Counted from the stretch's first letter, positions 39,321 to 52,090 are shown. The stretch: 64,000 nucleotides of DNA from an uncultured Actinomycetota bacterium (GCA_963753435.1 CAVWCF010000001.1:160001-224000), one strand, 5' to 3'. Notes: a model not told the origin generated them from the letters alone. Translations and numbers: made by a program.

Positions 39321-39616
39321 ACGAGTCCGATCGGCCAGTCGAACTGGCCACGCAGCAACACCTGCCCGGGTCCCCGGTGGCGTCTACCGGCGACGCGCAG
39401 GTGGATGCAGCGTTGACTGCCCTGCAGGGCCTGGAGGAGTTGCCGGCGGCCGAGCAGGCGGATGTCATTGAGGCGGTCCACGATCGCCTGCGCAGCACAC
39501 TGACCGGCCTGGACAACACAGATCAGCCGAGCACCGCGCCCGAATCCGGTGACGCCGGCGACTCTGCCAACCCGGCCGACTCTGCCAACCCGGCCAGCTC
39601 TCAAGCCGCCAACTGA
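39317..39616 (+). CDS. Conserved hypothetical protein preceding tlyA
   Basis: TGDAQVDAAL..EAVHDRLRSTL pattern; GTGA overlap. Confidence 0.7.
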   Translation: MNESDRPVELATQQHLPGSPVASTGDAQVDAALTALQGLEELPAAEQADVIEAVHDRLRSTLTGLDNTDQPSTAPESGDAGDSANPADSANPASSQAAN

Positions 39617-39620
39617 GGTC

Positions 39621-40454
39621 GTGGCCCGCCGTCGGTTGGACGCCGAACTGGTGCGGCGCGGATTGGCTCGGTCCCGCGAGCGTGCCAGTGCCATGATTGC
39701 CGCCGGCCAAGTCCGCGTTGACGGTGTGACCGCGACCAAGGCGGCGACTCAGGTCGACGCAGCGGCCGCAGTCGAAATCCGTGACTCCGGCGGTCCGGAG
39801 TACGCCTCCCGTGGTGGTCACAAGCTGGCCGGTGCGCTGGACGTGTTCGGCCAATCGGCCGCAGAGGCATCTGGGTCAGAGGCGCCACGGGCACCCTTGT
39901 CCGTGGCCGGCCGCCGGTGTCTGGATGCCGGCGCTTCCACCGGCGGATTCACCGACGTTCTGCTGCGTCGGGGTGCGTCGGGGGTGATCGCTGTCGACGT
40001 CGGCTACGGCCAATTGGCCTGGCCGTTGCGGACCGATCCACGGGTCGAGGTGCGGGACCGCACCAACGTCCGAAACCTTGGACCGGCCGACGTCCAGCCC
40101 CCGGTCGATGTCATCGTCGCCGATCTGTCCTTCATCTCGCTCACGACCGTGTTGCCGGCTCTGGACTCCGTCGCTGCGCCGGACGCCGATCTGGTGCTCA
40201 TGGTCAAACCGCAATTCGAGGTCGGGCGCAGCAATGTCAGCGGCGGGGTCGTGCGTCACTCCGAACTGCGGGCCCAAGCCGTGCGTAGGATCGCTGACGC
40301 AGCATGGGACCTCGGGTGGGGGACCGTTGGCGTAGTAGCCAGCCCACTGCCCGGACCTTCGGGGAACGTGGAGTATTTCGTGTGGTTGCGCCGTGACGCC
40401 GACCCGCTATCCGCGGCCGACTTGGACCGAGCTATCGCCGAGGGACCCCAATGA
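39621..40454 (+). CDS. tlyA: TlyA rRNA 2'-O-methyltransferase
   Basis: RLDAELVRRGL, SRGGHKL, DAGASTGGFTD, MVKPQFE, GNVEYF. Confidence 0.97.
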   Translation: MARRRLDAELVRRGLARSRERASAMIAAGQVRVDGVTATKAATQVDAAAAVEIRDSGGPEYASRGGHKLAGALDVFGQSAAEASGSEAPRAPLSVAGRRCLDAGASTGGFTDVLLRRGASGVIAVDVGYGQLAWPLRTDPRVEVRDRTNVRNLGPADVQPPVDVIVADLSFISLTTVLPALDSVAAPDADLVLMVKPQFEVGRSNVSGGVVRHSELRAQAVRRIADAAWDLGWGTVGVVASPLPGPSGNVEYFVWLRRDADPLSAADLDRAIAEGPQ

Positions 40455-41344
40455 GTCGCTCCGTGCTGCTGGTGACGCACACCGGCCGCCCAGACGCCCT
40501 AAGAGTTGCAATTGAGTTGGTCGTCGGCTTGGCGGCCGCCGGTATCACGGTGCGGGTACCGGCTGCGGAGGCCGAGGCCTTCCACACTGGTTCGGTCGAG
40601 GCAGCCCGAGGAGCGACCCCGGCAGCCGGCTGCGAATTGGTTGTCGTGGTCGGTGGCGACGGCACCCTGCTGCGCGCCGCCGAGTTGGCGCGCGGCAGTT
40701 CCGTCGCCGTGCTCGGCATCAACCTGGGACACGTCGGCTTCCTCGCCGAGGCCGAGGCCGACGACTTGGGGATCGTCATCAACCGGGTGGTCGACCGTGA
40801 CTACGCAGTCGAGGAGCGGACCGCCGTCGACGTGACGGTTTGGCGCGGCGACACCCGGGTCGTGTCCGACTGGGCGCTCAACGAGGCCTCGGTGGAAAAG
40901 GCCGAGCGGGAACGAATGATCGAGGTTGTGGTCGGCGTCGACGCCAGTCCGCTGTCCCGCTGGGGGTGTGACGGGGTCGTGTGCGCCACCCCGACCGGGT
41001 CGACTGCCTACGCGTGGTCGGCCGGCGGCCCGGTCGTGTGGCCGGACGTGGCTGCACTGCTGTTGGTGCCGCTTTCGGCGCACGCCCTGTTCGCACGGCC
41101 GATGGTGGTTGCCCCCGAATCGGTGATCGGCGTCGACCTGGTCGGTGCCGCGGCGGGGGTCCTGTGGTGCGACGGCCGCCGGACCCACCCCCTTGCTCCC
41201 GGTGACCGCATCGAGGTGCGGGTGAGCCCGCAACCGGTTCGACTTGCGCGACTGCACTCCGCCCCATTCACGGATCGCCTGGTGGCCAAGTTCGACCTGC
41301 CGGTCGAAGGTTGGCGTGCCGGGCGTCGCGACCCCGGTCGGTGA
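40451..41344 (+). CDS. ppnK: NAD kinase
   Basis: GGDGT, NLGHVGFL, LNE, TPTGSTAY. Confidence 0.97.
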   Translation: MSRSVLLVTHTGRPDALRVAIELVVGLAAAGITVRVPAAEAEAFHTGSVEAARGATPAAGCELVVVVGGDGTLLRAAELARGSSVAVLGINLGHVGFLAEAEADDLGIVINRVVDRDYAVEERTAVDVTVWRGDTRVVSDWALNEASVEKAERERMIEVVVGVDASPLSRWGCDGVVCATPTGSTAYAWSAGGPVVWPDVAALLLVPLSAHALFARPMVVAPESVIGVDLVGAAAGVLWCDGRRTHPLAPGDRIEVRVSPQPVRLARLHSAPFTDRLVAKFDLPVEGWRAGRRDPGR

Positions 41345-41350
41345 CCCGGA

Positions 41351-43081
41351 GTGCTTGAGTACCTGCGCATCCGCGATCTAGGGGTGATCGCGGACGCCAG
41401 CATGGATTTGGGCCCGGGGTTGACCGTGGTGACCGGTGAAACCGGTGCCGGCAAGACGATGCTGCTGTCCGCGCTCGGTCTGCTCCTCGGCGAGCGAGCC
41501 GATTCCGCCTTGGTGCGCACTGGCGCCGATCGCGCGATCGTCGAGGGCCGGTTCGCGGACCTGACGCCAGCCGCGCGCGCAGCAGCCGAGGAGGCCGGCG
41601 CGGAACTGGACGAAGACGGTTCGCTGATAATCACCCGCAGCGTCGGCCGCGACGGTCGATCGCGGGCCACCGTCGGTGGAACCGCCGTCCCGGTCGCGGT
41701 GCTCTCCCGGTTGGCCGCGGAGTTGGTGCGAGTTCACGGCCAGAACGACCGTGGCCTCACCGACCCGGCCCGCCAGCGCGATGCGTTGGACCGATTCTCC
41801 ACCGCCGCGGAGTCGCTGCGCGCCGACTACGCCGCCGTATACGGCCAGCTTCGCGCCGCCGAAACGGCCCTGGCTAAATGGACGGAATCCGAACAGACGC
41901 GAGTGGAGGACCTACGCCGTTACCGGGATGGGCTGGCCCAGATCGATGCGCTGGACCCGCAGCCGAACGAGGACGAGCAGTTGGCCATTGAGGTGGCCCG
42001 GCTGGGACATGCTGACCTCCTGCGAACCGCAGCGGCCGCTGCTCGGTCGGCCTTGTCCGGGGACGTCGAGTCCGAACTGACTTCGGCCCTGGATCTGCTG
42101 GCCACCGCCGAACGCGAACTCGCGCCGGGGGCCGAACTTGATCCGGAGCTGGGCAAGTTCGCTGAAAGTCTGCACTCCACGACCGTCGTGCTGGCAGATC
42201 TGGCTGCCGACCTGGCCCGATACGCCGACTCCGTCGAAGCCGATCCGGCCCGCCTGGCGCATGCCCAGGAGCGCCAGGCCGGATTCACCGCTCTGCTGCG
42301 CTCCTTCGGGCCCCAACTCAGCGACGTACTCGCCTGGCGGGACGAGGCGCGACGTCGGATCGACGAACTGGACCACAGCGGCCAGGCCGTGGACCACCTG
42401 CGCACCGAAGCGCAGCAGGCCCGGCAGCGGTTGCAGGCCCTGGCTGTTGAGCTTTCCGGCCTGCGGGCCGAGGCGTCGCACAGGTTCGCGGAGGCCGTGG
42501 CACTGGAATTGCAGGCACTGGCGATGGGGCAGGCCCGGTTACAGGTAGACGTCAAACAAACCGAGACGGCGGACGGCCTGGAGGTTGCAGATCGCATCGT
42601 CCGGTTCGGGCCGACCGGGGTCGACGACGTCACCATCCTGCTTTCGGCGCATCGTGGTGCGCCGTTGCGGCCCGTCGCCAAGTCCGCCAGTGGTGGCGAA
42701 TTGAGTCGCATCATGTTGGCGCTGGAGGTGGTCTTCGCCGGCAGTGACCCCGTGGGCACTTTCGTCTTCGACGAGGTGGACGCCGGTGTCGGCGGGACAG
42801 CGGCCGTGGAGGTCGGTCGACGCTTGGCCCGGCTTGCGGCTTCCGGTCAGGTCCTGGTGGTCACCCACCTGCCTCAGGTTGCCGCGTTCGCCGACGAACA
42901 CCTGACCGTGGCCAAGGATGCGACCGGCGCGGTTGGTCGGACCGACGTCCGCGGGGTCAGCGGCGCCGAGCGGGCCACTGAGTTGAGCCGCATGCTGGCG
43001 GGGCTGCCCGACTCCGAAGCCGGTCGGGCCCACGCTGAGGAGCTGATTCTGCTAGCCGACTCCGAAAGGGCAGTCCGCTAG
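41351..43081 (+). CDS. recN: DNA repair protein RecN
   Basis: TGETGAGKT, ASGGELSR, FDEVDAGVGG, VTHLPQVAA. Confidence 0.97.
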   Translation: MLEYLRIRDLGVIADASMDLGPGLTVVTGETGAGKTMLLSALGLLLGERADSALVRTGADRAIVEGRFADLTPAARAAAEEAGAELDEDGSLIITRSVGRDGRSRATVGGTAVPVAVLSRLAAELVRVHGQNDRGLTDPARQRDALDRFSTAAESLRADYAAVYGQLRAAETALAKWTESEQTRVEDLRRYRDGLAQIDALDPQPNEDEQLAIEVARLGHADLLRTAAAAARSALSGDVESELTSALDLLATAERELAPGAELDPELGKFAESLHSTTVVLADLAADLARYADSVEADPARLAHAQERQAGFTALLRSFGPQLSDVLAWRDEARRRIDELDHSGQAVDHLRTEAQQARQRLQALAVELSGLRAEASHRFAEAVALELQALAMGQARLQVDVKQTETADGLEVADRIVRFGPTGVDDVTILLSAHRGAPLRPVAKSASGGELSRIMLALEVVFAGSDPVGTFVFDEVDAGVGGTAAVEVGRRLARLAASGQVLVVTHLPQVAAFADEHLTVAKDATGAVGRTDVRGVSGAERATELSRMLAGLPDSEAGRAHAEELILLADSERAVR

Positions 43082-43136
43082 CACCCGCGGCGTGCCGTTA
43101 CCCAGGGTTACCGTCGGCAGCGGTCACCATGAAGCG

Positions 43137-44291
43137 GTGAGAAGAAAGAGCGCTTCCCCAGAGTCCAGCACTGCCATCGCGGGCCGCGCCCGCGTCGGGC
43201 GCCGCGCCGAACAGGTCGCCGCGCGCGCCAAGTCCGGCGACATCATCGTGATCGATCATGTGGATCTGGATCGCGCCGGAGCCCAGGCACTGTTGGCAGC
43301 TCGCCCAGCCGCGGTCGTCAACGCCTCCGCAACGGTGTCTGGCCGCTTCCCGGCGGTGGGGGCGGAGACCCTCGCCGCCGCCGACGTGCCGCTGCTTGAT
43401 GCGGTCGGCGGGTCGGTGCTCACCATGTTGGCCGACGGCGACCGCATCCGCATCGACGGCGTGCGGCTTCTTCGCGGTGAGGACGAGCTGGCTCGTGGTC
43501 GCCGACAGGACCCGGAGTCAGTCGCGGAAGACCTGGAGCATGCCCGGGCGGGTCTGGTGCGCCAGGTCAGCGCCTTTGCCGATGCCACCGCTGAGTACCT
43601 GGGTCGCGAGCAGGACCTCTTGGCTGAGCGCACCGGGGTGCCGGAGACGGGCATCGACTTCACCGATCGAGATGTGCTCGTTGTCGGCCGCGGGCCGAAG
43701 GTCGCCGAGCAGTTGAAGGAGCTGAAGTCCTTCATTCGGGACCGCCGTCCGCTGGTCATTGGGCTGCCGGGCGGGGCGGACGTTCTTCAGGGCAAGCGCA
43801 TGCCCGTTCCGGATCTGCTGGTTGGCGATCCGCTGGCCCTGCCGGAACAGGCCATGCGGCGCACCCCGACGATCGTCGTGCCCGGGGGTCCGACGCTGGA
43901 TGCGGAGATCCAGGCCGAACACCTCGGCCTGCGACTGATCGCGTTCCCGGGCGCGGTCGGCACGGAGGACGCGGCGCTGCTGTTGGCGGACACCGGTGGC
44001 GCGCGCAGCATCGTCTTGGTGGGGGAGCCCATCTCGTTGTCGGAGTTCCTGGACCGTGGTCGTTCCGGCATGGCCGGGTCGTTCCTCACCCGGTTGGTCG
44101 CCGGTGCCCGGGTGGTGGAGGGGCCGGTTGCTGCCGAACTGCATCGTCGGGCGGTGCCAGCCGGGATGCTGGTGTTCCTGGCCGCCGCTGGTCTGCTGGC
44201 CGTGGCTGCGGCCGTCGGCATCACCCCCGTTGGGCAGGAGTGGCTGGACGCCGTGGGGTTGGAGTGGCTGACGCCAGGCAGCGGTTCCTGA
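43137..44291 (+). CDS. steA: SteA-like (Rv1697-type) membrane-anchored protein
   Basis: GDIIVIDHVDLDR, EFLDRGRSGMAGSFLTRL, C-terminal TM; recN-steA-steB-pyrG synteny; CACCAT 6 nt before GTG. Confidence 0.85.
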   Translation: MRRKSASPESSTAIAGRARVGRRAEQVAARAKSGDIIVIDHVDLDRAGAQALLAARPAAVVNASATVSGRFPAVGAETLAAADVPLLDAVGGSVLTMLADGDRIRIDGVRLLRGEDELARGRRQDPESVAEDLEHARAGLVRQVSAFADATAEYLGREQDLLAERTGVPETGIDFTDRDVLVVGRGPKVAEQLKELKSFIRDRRPLVIGLPGGADVLQGKRMPVPDLLVGDPLALPEQAMRRTPTIVVPGGPTLDAEIQAEHLGLRLIAFPGAVGTEDAALLLADTGGARSIVLVGEPISLSEFLDRGRSGMAGSFLTRLVAGARVVEGPVAAELHRRAVPAGMLVFLAAAGLLAVAAAVGITPVGQEWLDAVGLEWLTPGSGS

Positions 44292-45196
44292 TGATCGGCA
44301 TGCGCTATCACGTCGTCTCCTTGGCGGCAGCGCTGTTCGCGCTGGCCGTCGGCGTTGCCCTCGGTTCCGGACCGTTGGACAACACCGTCAATGCCGCGTT
44401 CGGCGTGGAGCAGCTGCGGGAGGAGAAAGATCAACTGGCCGCGGACGTGTCCCAACAACAAGCAGTGGCGACGTTCGCCGACGCGTACGCGGACACGACC
44501 GAACCACTGGTGCTACCCGGTCAGTTGACCGAGGCGGCCGTCGTGATCGTCACCGCGGCCGACGCGCCACCGGCGATGGTGGATGCGGCTCGGGAGGCCT
44601 TGGGCCTGGCTGATGCAACCGTGACCGGGGTGCTGACGTTGACCCCGGCCTACACCGACCCCGAGCAGGCCTCCGTGCTGGGCGGTCTCGTTGATCGGCT
44701 GGCAACTGGCGAGCTTCCCGACGGAACCACGTCGGAGCGGGCGGCGGCGGCGCTGGCAACAGCGCTGCTGAGTGACGAGAGCGGTGGAGCGGCGCTGGCG
44801 GAGACCGACGAGGCCTTACTGGCCGGACTGGCCGAGGTCGGCATGGTGAGCCCACTGGCGCCGGTGACCGCACGGGCCGGGGCGGCACTGGTCCTGGTCG
44901 GTCCAACTGGGGACGATGCGACTCGCGACGCCGTCCTGCCGTTGCTGCGCGCATTCGCCGACTCCGGTGCAGGAACCGAACTGGCCGGGCCGGTCGGCTC
45001 GGCCGGCGGCGGCGGCGTGGTCGCAGCCATGCGCACCGACGAGGACCTGCGCCGGGTTGTTGCCAGCACCGACGCTGCCGACACCGCCGCAGGTCGAATC
45101 GTGACCGTGGTGGCCTTGGCGCAGGCGCTTGAAGGCAGCATCGGTCATTACGGAACGGGGCCTGGGACCACCACGGCGGCGCCACCGCTGGAGTGA
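44291..45196 (+). CDS. steB: SteB/MctB-like (Rv1698-type) protein
   Basis: MRYHVVSLAAALFALAVGVALGSGPL, coiled coil, GHYG near C-terminus. Confidence 0.87.
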   Translation: MIGMRYHVVSLAAALFALAVGVALGSGPLDNTVNAAFGVEQLREEKDQLAADVSQQQAVATFADAYADTTEPLVLPGQLTEAAVVIVTAADAPPAMVDAAREALGLADATVTGVLTLTPAYTDPEQASVLGGLVDRLATGELPDGTTSERAAAALATALLSDESGGAALAETDEALLAGLAEVGMVSPLAPVTARAGAALVLVGPTGDDATRDAVLPLLRAFADSGAGTELAGPVGSAGGGGVVAAMRTDEDLRRVVASTDAADTAAGRIVTVVALAQALEGSIGHYGTGPGTTTAAPPLE

Positions 45197-45255
45197 TCCC
45201 CGGCCGGGATCTTCAGCCTGAAATCGCGTGGCGAATCGGACCGGCGCCGGATCGC

Positions 45256-46955
<1,700 letters not shown>

Positions 46956-46956
46956 G

Positions 46957-47571
46957 TTGCGCGACGAACCAGCGTCGCGGCCGGTCTCCGACCGGCGCCA
47001 TCTGCATCGCGGAGCAACGTTCGTGCTGGAAGCAGATGACGTCGAGTTCGCAGACGGCGTCGTCACGCGGGACGTGGTGCGTCACCCGGGTGCTGTCGGT
47101 GTGATCGCAGTGGACGACGACGATCGCGTTCTCCTGGTCCAGCAGTACCGACACCCGGTGCAGGCGATGCTTTGGGAACCGCCCGCGGGATTGCTCGACG
47201 TGCCGGGGGAGCCGCCGTTGGCTGCGGCCCGGCGGGAGTTGGCTGAGGAAGCGCATCACGAGGCGGACGAGTGGGCCGTGTTGGTCGATGCGTTCACTAC
47301 GCCCGGGATGAGTGACGAATCGATCCGGATCTACCTGGCGACGTCGGTGCGACCCCTGCCCGGCGTCCGGCCGCCGCAGGCGGCTGAAGAACGGAACATG
47401 CCCGTCCGCTGGGTTCCGTTCCAGGAGGCGCTGGCGGCAGTGCTTGGCGGTGGATTGCACAACCCGATGGCGGTGATGGGGATTCTGGCCTGGGCCGCGT
47501 TACGTGCCGAACCAGGTCGCCTGCGCGCGGCTGACGCTGATTGGGACTTCGCGCCGAAGCAGGCCCGTTGA
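46957..47571 (+). CDS. NUDIX hydrolase, ADP-ribose pyrophosphatase-like (start TTG 46957 or CTG 46948)
   Basis: HPGAV, QYRHP, EPPAGLLD..AARRELAEE Nudix box. Confidence 0.93.
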   Translation: MRDEPASRPVSDRRHLHRGATFVLEADDVEFADGVVTRDVVRHPGAVGVIAVDDDDRVLLVQQYRHPVQAMLWEPPAGLLDVPGEPPLAAARRELAEEAHHEADEWAVLVDAFTTPGMSDESIRIYLATSVRPLPGVRPPQAAEERNMPVRWVPFQEALAAVLGGGLHNPMAVMGILAWAALRAEPGRLRAADADWDFAPKQAR

Positions 47572-47695
47572 CACCTGGCCGGATTGGCTGAGTGGATCAG
47601 CCGCCAGCGCGGCTCGCGCGGATTATGCTCGCCGAATCGGCCAGCCATCGGTGAGACGCCGTCTCCGCGGTCGATCGAAAGGTGCGTGAGGTGCG

Positions 47696-48841
47696 GTGAA
47701 GGTCGGTGTCCCCCGCGAACTGAAGAATCACGAGTACCGAGTCGCCATAACTCCGGCAGGGGTACTGGAGTTGACCCGCAACGGCCACGACGTCTACGTC
47801 GAACAGGACGCCGGCGCCGGGTCCTCCATCAGTGACCAAGAATTCGTATCAGCAGGAGCCAAGATCCTGCCGACCGCCGATGACGTATGGGGCACTGGGG
47901 ATTTGATCCTCAAAGTCAAAGAGCCCATCGCCGACGAGTACCACCGCATGCGTCGGGACCAAGTGCTGTTCACCTATCTGCACCTGGCCGCCAGCCGCGA
48001 ATGCACCGAGGCCCTGGTCAAGGCGGGGACCACGGCGATCGCCTACGAGACGGTCGAGATGCCCGATCGAAGCCTGCCGCTGCTTGCCCCCATGTCGGAA
48101 GTGGCCGGGCGGTTGGCGCCCCAGGTCGGCAGTCATGTGCTCATGCGCTCCCAGGGCGGGCGCGGTGTGCTCATGGGCGGGGTGTCTGGCGTTTACGCGG
48201 CCAAAGTTGTCGTCATCGGGGCCGGTGTCGCGGGAGCAAACTCAGCGGCGATCGCGCTGGGGATGCAGGCCGAGGTGCTCCTGCTGGACCGCAACATCGA
48301 TCGACTTCGGTACATGGACGCCATCTACCAGGGCCACGTGCAGACGGTTGCGTCCAACACCTACGAGGTGGAGCGCGCCGTCGTGGACGCTGACATGGTC
48401 ATCGGGGCCGTGCTCGTACCCGGGGCCAAGGCGCCCAAACTGATCACTAACGAACTGGTCTCGCGGATGAAGCCCGGCTCGGTCCTCGTCGACATCTCCA
48501 TCGACCAGGGGGGCTGCTTCGAGGACTCCCGCCCCACGACCCACGACGACCCGACGTACCCGATTCACAACTCGGTCTTCTACTGCGTGGCAAACATGCC
48601 TGGGGCCGTGCCGAACACCAGCACCTACGCACTCACCAACGTGACCCTGCCGTACGCGGTGGAATTGGCGAACAAGGGCTGGCACCGGGCACTGAAGGAG
48701 GACCCTTCCCTGGCGCTTGGGCTAAATGTTCACGCCGGGCGGATCACCTACACCGGAGTTGCCGAGGCGTTCCCCGACTTGCCGCATGTGACTTTGGACC
48801 AGGTGCTCAAGGTGCGTCCGGAGGAATGGCGGTTGAGCTGA
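47696..48841 (+). CDS. ald: Alanine dehydrogenase
   Basis: [35 protein letters not shown]. Confidence 0.97.
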   Translation: MKVGVPRELKNHEYRVAITPAGVLELTRNGHDVYVEQDAGAGSSISDQEFVSAGAKILPTADDVWGTGDLILKVKEPIADEYHRMRRDQVLFTYLHLAASRECTEALVKAGTTAIAYETVEMPDRSLPLLAPMSEVAGRLAPQVGSHVLMRSQGGRGVLMGGVSGVYAAKVVVIGAGVAGANSAAIALGMQAEVLLLDRNIDRLRYMDAIYQGHVQTVASNTYEVERAVVDADMVIGAVLVPGAKAPKLITNELVSRMKPGSVLVDISIDQGGCFEDSRPTTHDDPTYPIHNSVFYCVANMPGAVPNTSTYALTNVTLPYAVELANKGWHRALKEDPSLALGLNVHAGRITYTGVAEAFPDLPHVTLDQVLKVRPEEWRLS

Positions 48842-49782
48842 CGCAATCGCGCGCGGCACTTCCGACCGAACTTCGCGCGTACCTGGCGCACCTGACTGTC
48901 GAACGCGGGCTGTCCAAGTTGACCGTCTCCGCATACCGCCGGGACCTCACGCGCTACTGCGACTACTTGGCCAACCGCGGGATCGGGAGTCTCGCTGACG
49001 TTTCCGAAGTCACCATCGCTGAGTACCTGGCTTGGTTGCGAAGCCCCGGCGACGACCATCCCGCCCTATCGAGTTCGTCGGCTGCGCGGGCATTGGCTGC
49101 CGTGCGCGGCTGGCACAAGTTCGCCGTCACCGAAGGAATCAGTTCGGCTGATCCGGCGCGCAACGTCCGGCGACCAGCACAGACCCAACGCCTTCCCAAG
49201 GCAGTGCCCTTGCAGACCATTGAGGCCCTGATTGCCACGGCCTCCGGAGCCGACCCTGCGGATCTACGGGATCGAGCGCTGTTGGAGTTCCTGTACGGCA
49301 CTGGGGCCCGCGTCTCCGAGGCGGTTGGTCTGGACATTGACGATCTGGACCTGGAAGCCGGCCTCGTCCGACTCCACGGCAAGGGTGACAAGCAGCGCGT
49401 CGTTCCGCTGGGGTCGTTCGCGGTGGCTTCCGTGAGTACGTACCTGGCCGGCGGGCGTCCGAAACTGGCCGAGGCCGGCCCCGGACCGGGCGCTGCCGTG
49501 TTTCTGAATGCGCGCGGTCGTCGACTCAGCCGTCAAGGTGCGTGGGGGCGGTTGCAGCGGGCCGCTAGTGCCGCGGGCCTGCCGCCGGGGTCCATCTCGC
49601 CACACACATTGCGGCACTCATTCGCCACTCATCTGCTCGACGGCGGCGCCGACGTCCGGGTGGTGCAGGAACTGCTCGGACATGCCTCGGTATCGACGAC
49701 GCAGATCTACACACTGGTCACGGTGGACCGGTTGCGGGAGGTGTACGCGGCCGCGCATCCACGGGCCCGGGCCACGAACTAG
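48826..49782 (+). CDS. xerD: Site-specific tyrosine recombinase XerD
   Basis: [44 protein letters not shown]; conserved core locus. Confidence 0.95.
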   Translation: MAVELTQSRAALPTELRAYLAHLTVERGLSKLTVSAYRRDLTRYCDYLANRGIGSLADVSEVTIAEYLAWLRSPGDDHPALSSSSAARALAAVRGWHKFAVTEGISSADPARNVRRPAQTQRLPKAVPLQTIEALIATASGADPADLRDRALLEFLYGTGARVSEAVGLDIDDLDLEAGLVRLHGKGDKQRVVPLGSFAVASVSTYLAGGRPKLAEAGPGPGAAVFLNARGRRLSRQGAWGRLQRAASAAGLPPGSISPHTLRHSFATHLLDGGADVRVVQELLGHASVSTTQIYTLVTVDRLREVYAAAHPRARATN

Positions 49783-49897
49783 GGGTCTTGGCAGCGGCAG
49801 GCGATGGGGTCGCGGCGGCCGTAGAGCCCAACGGCCTTGCCCGTGCGTTGACCGACCCCCTACAGTCCGGCACACCGCCGAAGGGGGTTGTCTGCTC

Positions 49898-50908
49898 GTG
49901 TCCATGTCGACATCTCAACTGTCCGAACCGCCCCAAGAGCCTAAGTCTCAAGTAGAGACTGAGGGCCCGGAGGCGGATCTGCGACCGGAGTTGGGCCAAG
50001 AAGCTCAGAGCGACGCGGATGCCGCGACCGATCTTGAGCCGGACCTCGAGTTGGGCCCCACGGGTCGGCCGTTGCCGGACTTCGTGGACCCGCAGCCAGT
50101 GCGGACGCACGGCCCCGCGCATGTCATCGCGCTGTGCAACCAGAAGGGCGGGGTCGGCAAGACCACGACGACGATCAACCTGGGTGCCGCGCTTGCCGGC
50201 TATGGCCGCCGGGTGCTGCTGGTGGACTTCGACCCGCAGGGGGCGCTGTCCGCTGGTCTCGGGCTAGGCCGCGAGCATGAGGCCCGATCGGTGTACGACC
50301 TGCTCGTCGAGAACGGGACGCGAGCCGAATCGGTGCTCCTCAAGACCGACGTCCCCGGGCTGGACGTCCTGCCCAGCGACATCGAGCTTTCCGCCGCTGA
50401 GGTGCAACTGGTCAACGAGGTGGCGCGGGAGCAGGCGTTGGAGCGGGCGCTGGCCCCGGTGCGCGACTACTACGACTACATCCTGATCGACTGCCAGCCG
50501 AGCCTCGGCCTGTTGACGGTGAACGCCTTGACCGCCGCCGACGGCGTGATGATCCCGCTGGAATGCGAGTACTTCGCCCTGCGCGGGGTGGCCTTGCTGA
50601 TGGACACCGTCACCAAGGTGCAGCGTCGGCTCAACCCGAGGTTGGAGCTCACCGGGATCCTGGCAACGATGTTCGACCCGCGCACGGTGCACTCCCGCGA
50701 GGTCGTGGACCGCATCCTTGAGGGATTCGGGGATCGCGTGTTCCACACGGTGATCTCGCGGACGGTGAAGTTCCCGGAATCCACGGCCCACGGCGAGCCC
50801 ATCACCGAATACGCGGCCAAGTCATCCGGAGCCGACGCGTACCGGCAGTTGGCGCGCGAACTGATCGCGCGCACTGGGACCGTCGGAGCGGCGACGGCGC
50901 AGCAGTGA
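49898..50908 (+). CDS. Orphan ParA/Soj-family ATPase (Rv1708-type); start 49898 or 49904
   Basis: NQKGGVGKTT, DFDPQG, IDCQPSLG. Confidence 0.93.
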   Translation: MSMSTSQLSEPPQEPKSQVETEGPEADLRPELGQEAQSDADAATDLEPDLELGPTGRPLPDFVDPQPVRTHGPAHVIALCNQKGGVGKTTTTINLGAALAGYGRRVLLVDFDPQGALSAGLGLGREHEARSVYDLLVENGTRAESVLLKTDVPGLDVLPSDIELSAAEVQLVNEVAREQALERALAPVRDYYDYILIDCQPSLGLLTVNALTAADGVMIPLECEYFALRGVALLMDTVTKVQRRLNPRLELTGILATMFDPRTVHSREVVDRILEGFGDRVFHTVISRTVKFPESTAHGEPITEYAAKSSGADAYRQLARELIARTGTVGAATAQQ

Positions 50909-51192
50909 CCGCCAACCGGGCGCGTCCCAGCGACGAGTTCTTCCGGGCCACGGCACCGGCGCCAGTTGCGCCGCGGGACAGTGGCCGGAGTCGTCACGAC
51001 ACCAAGATCACGGTCTACCTGTCCAACGAAGAGTTGGTGGCCTTGGAGCGGGCCCGCCTGGATCTGCGGGCCGAACACGGCCTGGCGGTCGACCGGGGCC
51101 GAATCGTCCGGGAAGCGGTTTCGCTGCTACTGGCGGATTTCGCGCAGCGGGGAAGCGACAGCGACCTGGTGCGGCGGCTGAACTCAGCCTGA
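50905..51192 (+). CDS. Small ParA-associated protein, possibly ribbon-helix-helix
   Basis: HDTKITVYLS beta-strand then two helices (VDRGRIVREA); GTGA overlap with the ParA gene. Confidence 0.75.
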   Translation: MTANRARPSDEFFRATAPAPVAPRDSGRSRHDTKITVYLSNEELVALERARLDLRAEHGLAVDRGRIVREAVSLLLADFAQRGSDSDLVRRLNSA

Positions 51193-51211
51193 GTCGGCTA
51201 GGTTTCGGGAC

Positions 51212-52090
51212 GTGACCGCCACTCCCGCAGCGACCGCCCCAACGGTTGAACCAGCGGTGGCAGCAGTGGAGCCAGAGGTTGCTCCCCGCGCCGGTTTCGT
51301 GGTGGACCTGGACGTCTTCTCCGGGCCCTTCGATGTTCTCCTCGGGCTGATCGCCAAGCATCAACTGGACATCACCGAGGTGGCGCTGGCGAGGGTCACC
51401 GACGAGTTCATCTCGTTCATCAGCAACCACGAGGACACGTGGGATCTGGAGCAGTCCTCACAGTTCCTGGTCGTTGCCGCGACGCTTCTGGACCTGAAAG
51501 CGGCGCGGTTGCTGCCGCAAGCCGAGGTTGAGGACGAGGAGGACCTCGCGCTGCTCGAGGCGCGGGACCTGCTCTTCGCTCGCCTGCTGCAGTACCGGGC
51601 GTTCAAGGACGTTTCGGCGATCTTCGCCGAGCGCATGCAGGCGGAGTCGCATCGTTTTCCGCGCGCGGTCGGGCTGGAGCCGCGGTTCGCGTCGTTGGTA
51701 CCGGAAGTCCTCCTCGGCCTTGGGCCCGTCGAATTCGCGACCCTGGCCGGTGCCGCGCTCGCACCCAGGTCGGCTCCGGTGGTCTCGATCGAGCACCTGC
51801 ACGCGGCGCGGGTCAGTGTCCGTGAGCAGGCAGCCCTGATGGTTGAACGACTACGCATGGCGCACGCCGTGACGTTCCGCAGCCTGGTCGCCGACGCCGA
51901 GGACACCGCGACCGTGGTGGCTCGCTTCCTCGCCTTGCTGGAGTTGTTCCGCGAAGGCGCCGTGGCGTTCGAGCAGGTGCAGGCGTTGGCGGACCTGCAC
52001 GTGCGCTGGACCGGAGCCGAGTCGGGTGCGGTGGACGTGCACGACGAGTTCGATGAACTGTCCGACGCCGGCAATGAGGAAGAGGCATGA
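51212..52090 (+). CDS. scpA: Segregation and condensation protein A
   Basis: FSGPFDVLL, FLVVAATLLDLK, RFLALLEL. Confidence 0.95.
   Translation: MTATPAATAPTVEPAVAAVEPEVAPRAGFVVDLDVFSGPFDVLLGLIAKHQLDITEVALARVTDEFISFISNHEDTWDLEQSSQFLVVAATLLDLKAARLLPQAEVEDEEDLALLEARDLLFARLLQYRAFKDVSAIFAERMQAESHRFPRAVGLEPRFASLVPEVLLGLGPVEFATLAGAALAPRSAPVVSIEHLHAARVSVREQAALMVERLRMAHAVTFRSLVADAEDTATVVARFLALLELFREGAVAFEQVQALADLHVRWTGAESGAVDVHDEFDELSDAGNEEEA

Noticed and set aside
39195-39600. 15-bp PAKKA repeats and an 18-bp duplicated GACTCTGCCAACCCGGCC
   Set aside because: Ordinary in-frame low-complexity tails
48826-49782. Tyrosine recombinase as a phage/ICE integrase
   Set aside because: XerD size and motifs in the conserved pyrG-NUDIX-xerD-parA-scpAB core locus; no att repeats or mobile genes
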